Shown here piece after piece: positions 16,908 to 31,547 of a stretch of DNA of 64,000 nt (the stretch's first letter is position 1; every line of letters starts with the position of its first letter). This DNA comes from the human T2T-CHM13v2.0 reference genome, Homo sapiens. The notes beneath the pieces were generated by a model, which saw nothing but the letters and a program-made list of their open reading frames with translations, had not been told where the DNA came from and did not search any database. Position numbers and translations under genes: made by a program. The stretch is taken from the NCBI RefSeq assembly GCF_009914755.1, contig NC_060947.1. One strand, given 5' to 3'.

Positions 16908-18353
16908 TTAGAAAATGATAAACTAGAGATCAATGATTTCTTTAAATAACAAGCCGATCTAGGGCACAAAAATAAGGATTTGCTTTATGAAAATTTTGTT
17001 TTCAATGTCTAATTGCCTGCATGAGGTACACTTACAATGAACATATCTCTATTTCCCTAGTGCCCCATGCAATTAGAAATGATGATGGCACAGACGACCA
17101 TCATAACTGTCCAGAACAGAAAGCTGGAAACTATAGGTACAGTAGGCAGTAAGTTTTTTGTTTGTTTGTTTGTTCATTTGTTTTGTCACTGGAGGGTGGA
17201 CAGTGACTCATCAGATAGGAATAGCTTTACTGGATGGGGACTAGACTATATGACTTTATTAAACAGCACCATTCAGTATCATGAGTCAAAGGTTCTAAGA
17301 CCCATGTAAACCTGGAGAAGACTCAGACCACAAGTCTGTTCCTGCTAAACAGCTTATGGCTTCATGAAAGGCCAGACACCTGATGGGACAAACTAAGTAG
17401 ATACTGGCTGACTTACTTGAGTCTACAGTCAACCTTCTTATAGTGGCCCATGTTATTTCAAATAGCAACTGTTAGTTCCTTGCCAACTAGAGGTCCCATT
17501 GTTCTTTTACAAAAATATTAGATAATCCAAACCCAAGTCATTCCAACACCATTTCCCCCTGGCCTCTTGTATTTTGAGTTGACAAGTTCTTACCATAATC
17601 TTCAATAGCATTGTTAGTCCTAGCCTGATATTTCTTCTTCTAAGCCCACTTCCAGTGTTTAAGCCCTCATATAAAAGGTGCTTAGTTGTAAGTCATAGAT
17701 CCTATGTGGTGGTCCTATAGAACTTTCTTCTTTAAAAACCTTTTTCATCTGAAAGTAAGAGGTTGTGTGGTACGTTAGAAGGAGCACTGCATGCGGAGCC
17801 CCTAGTTCCATCATCTATTGCCTCTCCACCTCTCCGATACTCAATTCCCTCTATCAGACAGGTGACAGTCCTTACCCTGCCTATCTCACAGGAGCCTCGA
17901 AAGATTCAAATAAGATAGTGAGTATACAGATAATGTATTAAGCGTAGTGTTAGAAAATGAGAACTCATAACCATTATTTCATTTAAGCTTCAAACCAACT
18001 CCATGAACTACGCAAATCCTTACCATTCTGTCATATATTAATTCACTTTCTTGACATATTCATTCATATATTCATTGCTTTCTTTTTCTCTCTCACTCTC
18101 ACTTATTCAGAAAACATTATTACTAGGCACTATGTGTAGCTAAAGTATTTACTGAATCAGAAACAGGCTTAGAAAAGTAAGATAACACTTCAAAGCTTAC
18201 ACTTCTTGGGTCACCCTTCACACCCAAGGGAACTGGGACACTCCCTCCTTCCTTCTCCCCTCTCCTCTTGCCAGACCAGTTTGTTTTCCATTACTCCACA
18301 TTGCCTGTTCCAGAACATTTCCCCCATTAGATGAAGAAATTTTTACTTGCTTA

Positions 18354-18719
<366 letters not shown>

Positions 18720-20599
18720 TTAGTCCTGTTTTCTCCTTGTGAGCATGAGGGTGAGGCAGGCCTCTTGGACTTGAATCCTCAATGACTGAACTGTTTGAGT
18801 TGTATATGGCTTTCAGAATATGGCTGAGTATGTTCACTCTCTCTTTTTCCCTGCTGCCCTTTTCTATTTTGCAAGTTGTAAATAAAATCTGTCACCCCCA
18901 AATGCACCAGGTGTCTTCCACTTTCTAATTGAGCAAGGCAGACTCTTTTCCAGCCAACAGTCTTAAAATATTTACCCAAATTTTGGGTTCACTGGATTAC
19001 TGCTTTAAGCTGGTGAGCAACCCAACTGAAGGTCAATGTTTGTTTCCTGAAGTTGTCCAATGGCCGTGTGGTACTCAGACCTGAAAATGATAACGTTACT
19101 CCAGATTGCAAACTCCCCAAGGTGCATCCTGGAGATGGAAGCCAGCCCACAATATTTTCTGATCGGTCAGCATAAGTGATCCTCTCTTTTGAGTTCAAGG
19201 TGGGCTCAGAATTGAAACTGTCTTGAGATAAAGCAGATCAGCCCCAATTCACCCCTGGGCTCTGAGCAGAGGAATGTGAAAGGCCCCTCCAGTCAGGGAA
19301 GGCATCTGCTCCGCTTGGCTTTGGGCTGTATCAGTTGGCAGATGAAGCTCTGTGCAAATGCTGGCCAGACCAAAATGGTGCCGAGACAGCCACAATGTTG
19401 TTTAGAAAAAAGAAAGGAAACATCTGCAAATCCTGCCTTGGTGCTGAGCGGGGACAGCCTGCTGCTTTTCCTCATGGGCCCACGGTGGGCTACCTCCTGA
19501 CTGATCAGAAGGGTTCCCTGAAACAAATGCATTTGAAAGATATTTTCCATCCCCCTCCTCCCCCCTCCACAGGAAATTCTTGTGTTTAGTCATCCTTACT
19601 ACATGGGCTGAGTCAGCAAGCTCTGCTTTAACCACAGCTGCTTTCAAATGGTAAGTTAAGACCAGTTAGTTGAATGAGGAGGCTTGGCTGAAACACTTTG
19701 ACAGCTGGAGCTCCAAAATCGGATGGGTAAACTAGAGGAATTGCAATTTGGATACTGCTCAACACCTTCGAGTCCTTCTGGGTGGGCCTCAGTTACTTTT
19801 TTAGTACATTGATACCATGGAGCATTCCAGAACTAGAAGGGACAGCACTTTGAGTGCCTTAAGAGATAACTAAGGTGCAGTGGCAAGCTGTGTTGGCCTA
19901 AGATTTAAATCCTGGTCCTGCTAATAATTTGCTATATGACTATAGGGCAATTATCTCCTCCCTCTGTGTATTAGCATTCTCAATCCTTAAAATAGAGGTT
20001 TGGATATGATGACCTCTAAGGGTTCTTCCTGCTCTGGTGGTCTATGAAACAATCTAGGACAGATGGCCAGCCACTCTTTTCCCAATTTACCAGGGGAAGA
20101 CACTACATAACCTGTTTTGGGAATGTGGCCCAGCATTTTATCTGTGTGTGGTAAAAATGTCTTCCCTGGGTCTAACCACAATCTGTTTTCTCTTGTTTGG
20201 GCCTCTGTAGACATGGAGCACCCTCAGGGAACATTCTTTTCTAAAGATCCTTTGTCAACTACAAGAGCCTTCACGTCTGAGCTCTGTTAAATCCTCTGCA
20301 ATGGCAGACAATTGCTTATTGCTGGGGTCTCAATGAGCACACTTTCCCTCTCGTCAGATAGTTTTTCATATTTTTGGTCATTATCACTGACTTGTGAACC
20401 CAGGGACACTAAGGCTGGGCTAGTTGGACAGTAGCTCTATAGAAAAGGGAAAGTCATCTATTCCAGAGCAGATACAAGTTGTTCTCACAAAAGTTGTCCT
20501 AGACCACAAAGAGTCTTGGACACAAGAGGGAGGATGGCCCTGTGGAATCCAACCTTTCAACTCCTGGATCCATACTTGGACATTTGAGCCCAATGGACA

Positions 20600-20820
20600 A
20601 ATAGTTAACATTTGCCGAGCACTTAATATGTGTGTGCTACACGTTGTTCTAAGCACTTTACATGCCCACGTGATCTTATCTAATCCTTGCAACTGTACTC
20701 TGCAGTAGTGTGATTATTATTCGTATTTTACAGATTAGGAACCTGAGGCACAGAAAGGTTAATTAACTCACTGGAGGTAAACAGCTAGTAAGCACTCTAA
20801 TCCAGGAATGCTAGCTCAGG
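20600..20820 (-). mobile_element. MIR
   Basis: aacatttgccgagcacttaatatgtg...attttacagattaggaacctgaggcacagaaaggtt. Confidence 0.8.
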
Positions 20821-22091
20821 GATCTCTGCTCCACACCATTATGCTTCTGAGTGGGGCCAGCTGCATGGGAGGACTGAGGCTAGTACTGATGATTCTGGCT
20901 CCTGTGAGGGACAGCCCGCCCCACATGCCGCATGTGCCTGCATCTCTTGTCAGGTGTTGGTTCCTGCCCTGGTTCCCGTGGCATTCTGTGCCCCTTCTAC
21001 ATAGAAAGAAGCTTCCTCGTGCAGAGCTGCAAAGTGTTGACTTTACAACACCGGAAATGGGTCATGTTTTCCTTTTAAAAGGGAAACACAGGGAAAGAAC
21101 ATTATATAAAATTAGTTTCCCCAAACTAAAGAAAGAGTTGGAAAATAGCCACATTCCTCTCTGCTGATAAGTGCATTAGATTTATCAAGTGTCAGAGTTT
21201 GGGGAGAACTTGTAGCTTGTCTAGTCCAAGTCCTTCGTGTTACATATTAGGAAACTGAGGCTGAGAAAGTGGTATTAGATACATGCAGATCGAGGGCCAG
21301 GAGAGCTCTTAAAAGGTTGGGAAATGGACAGAAATGACACAGACTAATTTATAATTGCCCTTTAAGCCAACCCTACAAAGGAATCTGAAGGACGGATTCA
21401 TCCACACTGGAGCCACTTTTTCCAGTGGGCTTCCCCAACCCCTTGCATAACAGGGATTCCATAAGCATGAGCTTCAAATGCACTGAGATAACACCCAGCT
21501 ACCACATTCAGATGATCAAGGTCCATGGCTAAACGGTAATGTTCCTATAACCTTCCTTAACAGCAAACCTGCTTTCAGAATAGATCCCACATCAACAATC
21601 ACAAAGGACTTTGGAAAAAGCCACTTCTGTTGAAAAAGAAGCTGATCAACCACTGGACTAATGACTGTGATACAAAGAAAAGATACCTCTCAAAGCCTAC
21701 TATAATGAGAGCAGAATGGAGCCATCTTACTTTTCAGTATTGAATGTGCAGATGTTACTGAAATATTTTCAAGCCAAAGGCTTGTAAAGTATTACTTTAA
21801 AATAAATTATATGATAGTATAAATTTTCACTGATCTTAACACAGGAGTCAATATAGAAAAGCTAGAAGAAGAACCTGGGGCTTTGTATGTGGTTAAAACT
21901 GCCCAGGAATTGGCCCAGGGGAATAGTATCTTAATGGCTGTTTTCAAAGAAAGATCCTCTTGCATTCCCCAGTGTCAACCCACAATGTATTTTCCAGTAT
22001 CTTCCTCCTAAACTCAGAAAAAAGGTGTCAGCATTTAAAAATACAAAGTACACAATGGGAGATCTTGCCTAATTTGCCTGCTAATGAAGCA

Positions 22092-22113
22092 GATAGATAG
22101 ATGACAGATAAAT

Positions 22114-22152
<39 letters not shown>
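22092..22152. repeat. (GATA)n tetranucleotide microsatellite
   Basis: Directly visible. Confidence 0.97.
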
Positions 22153-22154
<2 letters not shown>

Positions 22155-23299
22155 GAGAAACCTTATTAAGTATCATGTCTCCTAGGTGCAACTACAGCTA
22201 GACTCAAACAGATCTTTAAAAGATCCACATCGTATTTTGGGGCATGATCTATTACAGCCTACTGACTTTCCCACATAGAAAGTCAGCCACATACCATCTT
22301 ACAAATAACCAAATGAACTCCCCTTCATTTTATATGATAGCTGAAGCCTGATTACCTTTCATAATCAGCCAATATCTTAATTCATCCCAGGTTGCAGCTG
22401 GGCTCCAGGAACATGGAAGAAGCTTGGTTTAGGAGGGAAGGCAGAGGGTGAGAGAAATGGGGTATATGTGTACATGTGCATGGCACACAGAATCACTTTT
22501 GAAGATTTTTATAGGTAGTCAGTACTTCTAAGCTAGAAAAAACCTGCCTTTGTAGTGTTAGGGGATGACATTTCATTGCAAAAATAAATGATTTGGTCAT
22601 TACCATTTCATGGTTGCTGGCAACCACCCTCCTCTGCTTTCTAACAATTTCCATTTTAGGCACTGACAAGCCCTTCAAAGTGATTCAGCCAAATATCCAC
22701 CCAAAGTTGCGTATTTGGCAGTTTCAAACTGAGAAATCTGGGTCCTCTGGGCAAAAATGTCAGAAAGGGCTCCCTCCTTCTTTGTCAATTGTGAAACAAA
22801 CAGATCACCATGAACAGTCACTGGGGGCTCCTTGGGCAGCCATGCCGAAGGAAAGGGAAAGAACGGAAGTTGTTGGCAGGGGCTGCTTCCTTGGCTTCAG
22901 TTTTTGCTCTCTCTCCATTGCTGCTTGCACTTTTCCTGAAGGCCAGCACTGCCTCAATCTTTAACCCTAACCAAGGCGAGGCACTGCTTTTCCACAGGCA
23001 AGTGTCCCCTGCAGAAAGAAAGTGATGACCAGGAATGGAAATCACTGGGAAATGGGTCTCGGAGGCTGTAGGGTTTAAGAATATTTTGGAAGCTCACCTC
23101 ATCCAACTGGCTGAAACTCGCAGGCTATCACCATGCATCCTCACTGGGGAACTTTCAGGCTGGTCTCTGGAACCCATCTGGTCCTCTGTGCCCTGAGCAA
23201 CCACAAAGCCTAGAGCACTTTGGTTTGCACAGTGAGGAGCAAAAAGTGGAGCAGATTTCAGGGAGCCTCCTGCCTGACCAGCGACTTCAAGAGCCTGAA

Positions 23300-23620
23300 T
23301 CCCAAAAGTGCTTTCACACACGTTCCCTTCAGCCTGAAAGGTGGCTCCCTTCTCTTTATTCAGAACTCACTCTAAATGCCAGGCCACCATGGCGACACCA
23401 TCCTGACCCTTAGTCCATGCCCCACCTGTATTTTTTCTTTTGCCATCTGTAATTCTATATTTGTGTGTTTACTTGCTTTTCACTCACCTTGCCTATGAAA
23501 CAGTAAGCTCCCTGAGGGCAGGGGACACTTCTGTTTTGTTCAACAGTTTACTCCCAGTGTTTATCAAAGTACCTGGCACATAGTAGATGCTCAGTAAATA
23601 TTTGTCAAGTGAATGAATAA
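23300..23620 (+). mobile_element. L2 3' end
   Basis: gtaagctccctgagggcaggggac...acctggcacatagtagatgctcagtaaatatttg..gaatgaat. Confidence 0.8.
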
Positions 23621-24147
23621 AATAGTGGTATTCTGTACCTAGTTCATTTTGTGGAAATTTAAAAAGTAGGCCTATTGTCTCCACACATAGGTCTCTCCAA
23701 TAAAAGCTTGCATTGGATTCTGTTGTAACCCATCTCTCTGGGAGAGACAGCTTGCCTCAGCTATCTTCTCTCCCCATCTACTCCCTTCTTCTTACTTGGC
23801 TCATGACACCCAGGATCTGGCACCAGGGCCTGGTAGCTTTTTGGCCAGAGGCAGTTAGTACTGGGGAGGTGCCAAGCAGAACTGGCTCTGCTAGCAGTGA
23901 ATCAAACTTATCACTTGGAGGGACAGACCATTATACTTCATAATAACACTTGAGTTTACCTTCCCTTCCCTTTGGGAGCTGTTTTAAAGAAGTTATTTAA
24001 ATCCCCTAACTAAAAACAATAGCCAACCTTCTCAACTACAAACAAAATCAAGTTGTTATTATTATATCTGAAAATTGCCCTGTATTCAGTTTGCCAATCT
24101 TCCTCCTAGAAGCCTCTCAATAGGCTGTCTATTAAATGACAGCCACA

Positions 24148-24254
24148 CAGGAGGATCACTTGAGCACAGGAATTGGAGGCTACAGTGAGATATGATCACA
24201 CCACTGCACTCCAGCTTGGGTGACAGAGTGAGACCCTTTCCCTTAAAAAAAAAA
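24148..24254 (+). mobile_element. 5'-truncated Alu arm with TSD
   Basis: TSD aaatgacagccaca. Confidence 0.85.
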
Positions 24255-25089
24255 ATGACAGCCACAGCTATCCAGCTGCTCAACACTTCAGCATAGTTCC
24301 CCTTCCCTCAAAATTAAGTAATGAAGAGAGATGAGTTCCCAGTTCTCCATTTGAAAATGGTTCCCAAAAGGGTTACTGTGTCTTCTGTTCCCTTTCTTCC
24401 TGTAATTAGCTTCGACAACATTGATGTTGTTTGGTAGGAATGGTATGAAAGGCCTTGTGCTTTTTGATTACACTTTTGAATGATGACCAACTAATTTATT
24501 TCTGCTATAGTATATCTACCAAGGAAGGTTCCCTCCCACACCCCTAATTTAAAATAATAATCACTCAACTATGAAAATCTTCCCGAAAAAGTCTATCAAA
24601 ATTTAAAATATGTTTCTTTCAGGCCAGAAATTCCACTGATTGGAATTGATCTTATATACATACCAGTATACAAAGATATACGTATATCCAGCATGCTCAC
24701 TAGAACAGTGTTTGTCGTAGTAGTACTCCCACAGATTGAATGCCTAAGCAGTCACAAAAGGTACAAGGCAGATTTATATGTCTTATCATAGGAAGATCTC
24801 CACGATATCCTAAATGGCAAAAGCAGATCCTGGCACAGTAAGATCCTATTCGTCTTTGGAGTCTGTCAGTTTCTCCTTCCAGTTCTATTTCACAGAATTC
24901 TTTATTTTCATTCCCTTTCATTGGTTCTGCCTCCTAACTGGTTCCTTGGTCCTGGGGCCTATCTTTCCAGTTCACTTTTTCCACCAGCCAGAATGAACAT
25001 TCTAAAATACCACTTTTGTCAGAGGGAGAGTCTCAAGCAACCAAGCTGTCCCAATTACAGAGGCAGGATGGGGGAGTGTTTCTGTGCTC

Positions 25090-25342
25090 TGGAATTAAGG
25101 GAGACCTGGATTTGAGGGGAGGTTCCACCACTGACTAGCTGTCTGACTTAGGGAAGATGAGTTAACCTCTCTGAGCCTTGGTTTCCTCATCTGAAAAATG
25201 GAGGTAGTGCCTACATCACAACTGTAGGATGAAATAAAAAAGGATGAAATAAAGGTAAAAGGAGGAAATAAGAAAACCATGTAAAGAGCTCAGCATGGTG
25301 CCTGGCACATCGTAAGTGCTCAATAAATGGTAGCTATTATTA
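25090..25342 (+). mobile_element. MIR
   Basis: ctctgagccttggtttcctcatctgaaaaatgg...gtgcctggcacatcgtaagtgctcaataaatggtagctattatt. Confidence 0.85.
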
Positions 25343-27169
25343 ATGTTATTATTAAACCAAGAATTGGTTTACTGGAAGCATTAAAATGCTTTTTAACTTC
25401 ACAACACCTTCAGAATAAGGTTTGCACACTTCCTTCACATTTACTGGGCATCCCATATCCACTGTGTATAGTAAAGCTGCTTTTTTCAGTCTGTTTTTCC
25501 TGATAATCACTGCAAAGGCTGTGCATCTCTCTTGTACTCCAGAATCTGATGAATGTGTCTAACTCCCCTGGATCCACGACCTTCAGGAGTTTCTCTATAT
25601 ACTTTGATTATATGACATCCCTTCTATGCCTTCATCTTCCCCAACTATTTTGCTTTAATCTTTCCTGCCTGGCCTTGTAAGGCAGCTTCCCAATGCCCTT
25701 GACCCTTTCCTGGTTTCGTCAAGACCTTCTTTGTGGCTGCCTGTTTGGTGTTTCTCTTTTTTGGATTGGGTGACTGTTTTACTCCACTAATTCTTTAAAA
25801 TGAACAGGGCTGTTAGCTGGTACTGTGGAATGAAAGGGCATGCCAGTTTGGTGTTTCTTGTAGAATCCTAATGTTATGCCTGTATTGTGAAAGGGCAACA
25901 ATGTTTTCTATATTCCATTTTGATTCTGCCTCTTTCTTTTAGTGGGTTCCCTGAATTCTGCCTGGAGATGAATTTCCTCTATGACCCTGGGCATGTGTAA
26001 GAGACTCCTGTGCCTGTTTCCTTATCAGTGAAGTGAGAATGTTGGATCATAGTTTCTAGTATGTCTTCCAGCTCTGATGTTAGGTGTGGATGGAGTACTG
26101 ATGGCAGACTAAAGTACTAAAGTCCTCTCGTTATATCCACCCCCATACTGGGGCTGGGCTGGTTCAAGTTGAAATTAGCTATTCTGTGGGACAGTTTCAT
26201 TTATTTCTAAGAGCCCATCTTTTGAAAATTCCTCTAATGTCCACTAAATATCAAAATAATTGATTTTTCCATTTTTCCATGGCTCACCACAGCTTCAATT
26301 TCCAAGTCCCACTTACATTGAGAAAACCCCTGCATGCTGAGCTCCGGTTAGATGTGATGGCAAATAACTTTCTATCACCACCTCTATCTCAGTAATTCTC
26401 ATCCTCACACATGTACATCCCTTGGTCTCTTACAGGCAAATGCTGACTGGTTGATTATTTGCACTGATGATTGCAGCATGCCCTCACTTGGATTTTGCCT
26501 CCAAAGTATTTTTATTGAGAGTTTTTATATTAAACATACAGTAAGTCCCAAGCTTGATTTTTAACTGATCCCACATGAAGGAATGATTTTCAACTCAGAA
26601 CACATGAGGAACATCTGTTCCATTTATTTGAATTCAGGCGGTCCCATTATTATTATTATTATTATTGAAGCTGACTGTTGAGTATCAATATTTGTCTCTT
26701 TCAGTTCCATTGAACTTTCCTGAGTGCCACTCCCATTTGTGAATTTTTAAAACATATATCCTGAAGTCTTTAAAACAGTGGAACAACTCACATTTTCCTT
26801 TTCCTTTTTCTTGAGTTTTATTGCAGAACTTGGGTCAAGCCCTTGTGATTTCTTGTACATGTGGTTGGGACATGAGAGTCCCTGTCAGATGCAGCCAGAG
26901 TCACTGCTCAAAAGTCCAGACATGAGGTGCACAGCCTTTGAGGCTGCTTCATGAAGGCCACCCCAGACCTTTGACACAATCCGATCTTCAGTCTTCAGGG
27001 AGAACTTCACTGATCTGGGAATTCACCTGCAAACTGGAGGTAACTGAGCTGAGGTGTAGCTCTTTGCAGCCTCTAGATGTGTTTGGACCAAAAATTCTCA
27101 CCTTTGATGTCAGGACACGTTGGTGTTTGATAATCAGTTATTATTTCTTTCTTTCTTCCTCTTCTTCCC

Positions 27170-27471
27170 TTTTTTTTTTTTTTTTTTTTGAGACAGAGTT
27201 TCGCTCTTGTTGCCCAGGCTGGAGTGCAATGGTGCGATCTAAGCTCACTGCAACCTCCGCCTCCCAGGTTCAAGCCATTCTCCTGCCTCAGACTCCTGAG
27301 TAGCTGGGATTACGGGCATGCGCCACCATACCTGGCTAATTTTGTATTTTTAGTAGAGACGCGGTTTCTCCATGTTGGTCAGGCTGGTCTCAAACTCCCG
27401 ACCTCGGGTGATCTGCCCCCCTCGGCCTCCCAAAGTGCTGGGATTACAGGCGTGAGCCACCACGCCTGGCC
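27170..27471 (-). mobile_element. AluSp
   Basis: gagtttcgctcttgttgcc, tttctccatgttggtcaggctgg, aactcccgacctc. Confidence 0.92.
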
Positions 27472-27889
27472 TCACTTATTATTTATTTCTAATAATCAAA
27501 TACCAAAGCTTGCATATGATTTACTTAAAAATAAATTTGAGCAGATTCAAAGATTTCTCTATAAATAACTCTCACTAACATACCCATATGCTTTCATGAG
27601 TGGGAGAGAAGGAGGTGGGGTTATATTCAGCTCTCTGGGAACTAAAGAAAACTCTGGGTGTGCCCAAGGGCATATGAATACTAGGGGCACTCATACCAGG
27701 CTACTAGCCCTGCCAACACATGGGTATTTTCACAAGGGGCTCATGAGATTATTCCCTTGCCTATGGGGTCTGTCACAGTGGGGATTTAAGGGCGGGCAAG
27801 ATGGGGCAGGCAGCACATACCACGAAGAGAGTATGTTGCTTCTAAGTAAGTAGACTGGCTCTAAGTAGGGCTGAATACATGATAAATAA

Positions 27890-28095
27890 TGGAAGGACTT
27901 GAGTTGGAATCTTAACTACTAGTGCGATCTTGGCCAAGCTACTCAATTTCTCTTAGTCTTGGACTACTCATCTTTGAAATGGGAACATTATTATTATCTA
28001 CTTTAGAGAGTTGTTGTGAAGATTAAACAGAATGGTGCAAATCAATCACCCAGCATGTGCCTTGATTAAGCTAAGTATTCTAAAAAGCAGTAGCT
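27890..28095 (+). mobile_element. MIR
   Basis: cttggccaagctactcaatttctc...gttgttgtgaagattaaa. Confidence 0.65.
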
Positions 28096-28149
28096 GCTGC
28101 ACCTGAGGAGGAATCCTCATGTCTATTACAGTGGGTACTCAAAGAATAC

Positions 28150-28402
28150 TGGCTTGACAACAAAGACCACATACTGTATGATTCCGTTTGTATGAAACGT
28201 CCAGAATAGGCAAATCCACAGAGACAGGTAGCAAATTAGTGGTTTCCGGGAGCCGGTACAGGGAGGGGAGGGGATGGGAAATGAGTGCTTAACAGGTATG
28301 GGGATCTTCTTTGGCGATGATAAAAATGTTCCAGAACTAAACAAAGGTCATGATGGTATAATATTGTGAACGTACGAAATGCCACTGAATTATGCACGTA
28401 AA
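28150..28402 (+). mobile_element. L1MB 3' end
   Basis: caaagaccacatactgtatgattccgttt...gatgataaaaatgttccagaacta...aatgccactgaatt. Confidence 0.85.
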
Positions 28403-29589
28403 GGCCTGGGCCCTAGCCCCTGTCTCAATGCAGCTGGTGGTTTGTTGGCCCTCTTGGCCTTGCCCCTGACCTGAGCCCATGTAGGAGGAGAAAGAATAGT
28501 AGGAGTGGAAAGGTGCCAGCAAAACCCAGAGCTTTAAGCCAAGGCCCAGCAGAAACAGTGGTGTCCAACTCAAAGCCACCATTCCTTAGGCTGCTCCAAG
28601 CTGACCAGCCCTGGTGGAAGCCACGGATGGCCCTACTCTTGAAAAAGGTCACTCTCCACACTTCTGCAGGGAGCACAAGGAGGCTGATGTTATTATTAAG
28701 CCCTTACCAAATCCTCCTTGAGCAATCACCCAACACTCCAAACACCAAGATTCTTGAGCTGCAATCAGGAATGTCCCTGGAGTGAATTAGTTTTGGCTGG
28801 GGCGTGGGGGTTGGATTGAGCAACGAGCTCCAATCTGGGGTCTAGGGGTAACTGGAGCATTTGAAATTTGTTACCCAATAAAAATCTCTACTAAGGCTCA
28901 AGACTGAAATAACTCAGCTGGGCTCTGGACTCAGCAGGGACCATTCATTAACTAACACTTCTCATCTGTGATAGTTACAGACAGGTTTTTTCATGCCCCC
29001 CAAAACGGGCTTTAACGTTGCAGCTGGCAGACAGCTGTGGCCTCACAGTGTTTACATTACCCAGACTAATGCAGTCTGCGCAGGAGACACAGAATGAATC
29101 TGATTTAGCTTTTGGAAAATGGGATTTTGAAAAGTTCCGTGGTTTTCTCTCACCCCTCCCTTCCTGAGCTGCAGAAAGACTGAAGGTGGAACGAAATAGG
29201 CATGGCTAGGAAAAGGAGACTCTTGTTTCTTGGGCTGACACTCTTCTTTATTTTGGACTTCTTTGTGTGACACCTCCAGGTGGTCAGAGCTGAGTTGAGG
29301 CCTTAGGATTAAGACAGCCAAACGGTGGTTCATCACTCCTGAGCTTTGCCTTATTGGTCAGCATGAGCTCCCTGGGGACTTAGCACAGCCGGCACAGAGA
29401 CAGCTGGGCAAAGTCCCCTCAGCAATGGTCTAGTCCCTTTCACCTCTAGACATGAAAAGTACAGCTGTGCTCATAACCAATTGTCCACAAAGTGCAAATG
29501 GAGGCTGGTTAATCCTATTGGGGTCTGTAGGACCTACCACACTGCCTCATGGGGAACCTACTTTGGTTCCACAGTCCTTTTGCATTGTT

Positions 29590-30385
29590 TCCTCAGGTCA
29601 GTGTTAACTAAGGTTCCCAAGTCCTGTCTATTCTTCTTTCAAAATACATCAGACATCCTCCCTTCTTCTCTGTCACCATCGCTACTGCTTTGGGTCAGGG
29701 CCATATTTCCTCATCTCCCAGGGCAACATCCTTCTAACTGATCTCCTCTTCCTGCCTTCTCTTCCAGATGGCTCCTCCACAGATCTAACCTTCTATCAAG
29801 TCCCATCCCGTCCTGTCCCATCCCATCAACACACATTTCCTGAGTGCTGACCACGTGTTAAACCCTTTGTTAGGCATTAGGGATATATGCATCAACCAGA
29901 TGTAAGCTGTTCCCACAAGGAAATCAGTTTGAGGGAAGAAGTACAAGGAAGCAGTGAATTACAGGAAAATGTGTAAAGTGCTAGGATAAGGCCCAGGGGG
30001 TTGTGGGAGCCCAGAGAATACCAAAACCAGTGTTGAGGGGAGGCTGAAGAGAAGGCTCCCCTGATGTGGTTTTCATCTGGCCACTCACCTCTTCAAAATG
30101 CTCCATTTTGCCTCCACAATCTGTCTCCAACCTTCTTTTTCAATCAAACATCCCATTAACTCCCTCAAAAGAAATCTCTATTCCAGAAAGACTAGTCCCC
30201 TCAATGTTATTCAACATACATCTACTCTCCTAGCCCTTCAGCTTTGCTCTTGCCCCATGCTCTTGCCCTACACCATGCCTGGTTCACCCTATTTTGGGGG
30301 TGTATGGCTCCTGTTGGTAGGCATCATTTCTTCCCCGTCTTGTCTCCCCCTAGCACTGGCATTGTACCTGGCACACAGGGTCTGT
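29590..30385 (+). mobile_element. L2 fragments (mixed orientation)
   Basis: ccaagtcctgtctattc..., tctcccag...cttctaactgatctc, ctagcac...gtacctggcacac. Confidence 0.55.
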
Positions 30386-31139
30386 TGACTGATGGCCTAC
30401 TAAGCACATTTTCTTTTCACTGTGGTACTAATAGGACTCCAACAAGCATGATCAATGGTTTTGCTGCTCTTAGGGTTATCAGGAAAATCTGTGAATGCAG
30501 ATGAAGGAGTTTGGAAAATTGCTGATACATTTCGGTCAGACTGTCCCCAGCTTTGTCCTGACCTCCTGCAAAGGTCAGGTTGTGAATAATCAAGTAGAGA
30601 TTAGCAGTTTCAAGGGTTCCAGTAGGCGTATAGTTGGATATATTTTCCATTCTGATTTAAATATTAAGCTTAATTTGTTTTTGGCTTTATTATTTTTTGT
30701 TTTGTTTTGTTTTGGTCCTGAGCCTGTTGGTCAGGGCTAATTTGTACAGCTGCTTTTTCGTTTGATTTCTTCCAAGAAAGCAAGAGGAAATAAGGTTGCC
30801 AGCAAATTTGCAGTTACCAAGGTTTTCCTAAGATGAATATTATTTTTCTCTTCTAATACTGCCAAATACAGTATAAAAAGAAGCATGTGATTATTCCACA
30901 AATTTAGTTGTACCAGGGGTCAAATCCTGTACTCCATCCACATCCTGATGTTGGAAGACCTATAATACAGATCTTCTGATCTACTACTTAGGAAAATTGT
31001 ACCATATTTCCAAAATTGTAAATTCACCCTGATTTTGTGCTTGGATTCTCAGACTTGACTCCTAGATTTTAGCAAGAAGGGCCAAAGGGGCTGATTTGGG
31101 CAAGGCAGGGGAAAGGGAAGTAGTGGAGAAGCCAGGACA

Positions 31140-31310
31140 GGAGAAAGAGCACTGGAGTGGGAGTTAGGAGCATCAGGTTCTGGTCCATGTCCTGCCACTG
31201 ACTAGCTGTGTGACTTGAGCAAGTCACTTCCTCTTTCTGAGCATCTACACAGAGGGATTGGAGTAGGCAAGCTCTAAGGTTCTTGTCTGTCAATTATTAT
31301 TGGACTCTGT
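31140..31310 (+). mobile_element. MIR/MIR3
   Basis: ctgccactgactagctgtgtgacttgagcaagtcacttcctct. Confidence 0.75.
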
Positions 31311-31547
31311 GGCTCTGGGTTGGATGTTTCTATAAAGGGGGAAAAAAACCCCAAAGGCTTATGGGTATTAACAAGGCTTCTTCCCACTGGTTTGCACTTA
31401 TGAGGCATTTGCCCAAGTTCATGCTTGCCCATTTTGAAGCCTGAGAAGAGCTCTCTGGAAGAGAGTGCCCATGTCCTTGCTAAAGGAGTGCAAGCCTAAC
31501 TGGGTAGCTGGTACTGAGTCTGAGTTATGCCTGGAGGCCACACGTTT

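Noticed and set aside
28500-28670. Minus-strand exon after acceptor ccttgtgctccctgcag
   Set aside because: No credible downstream donor.
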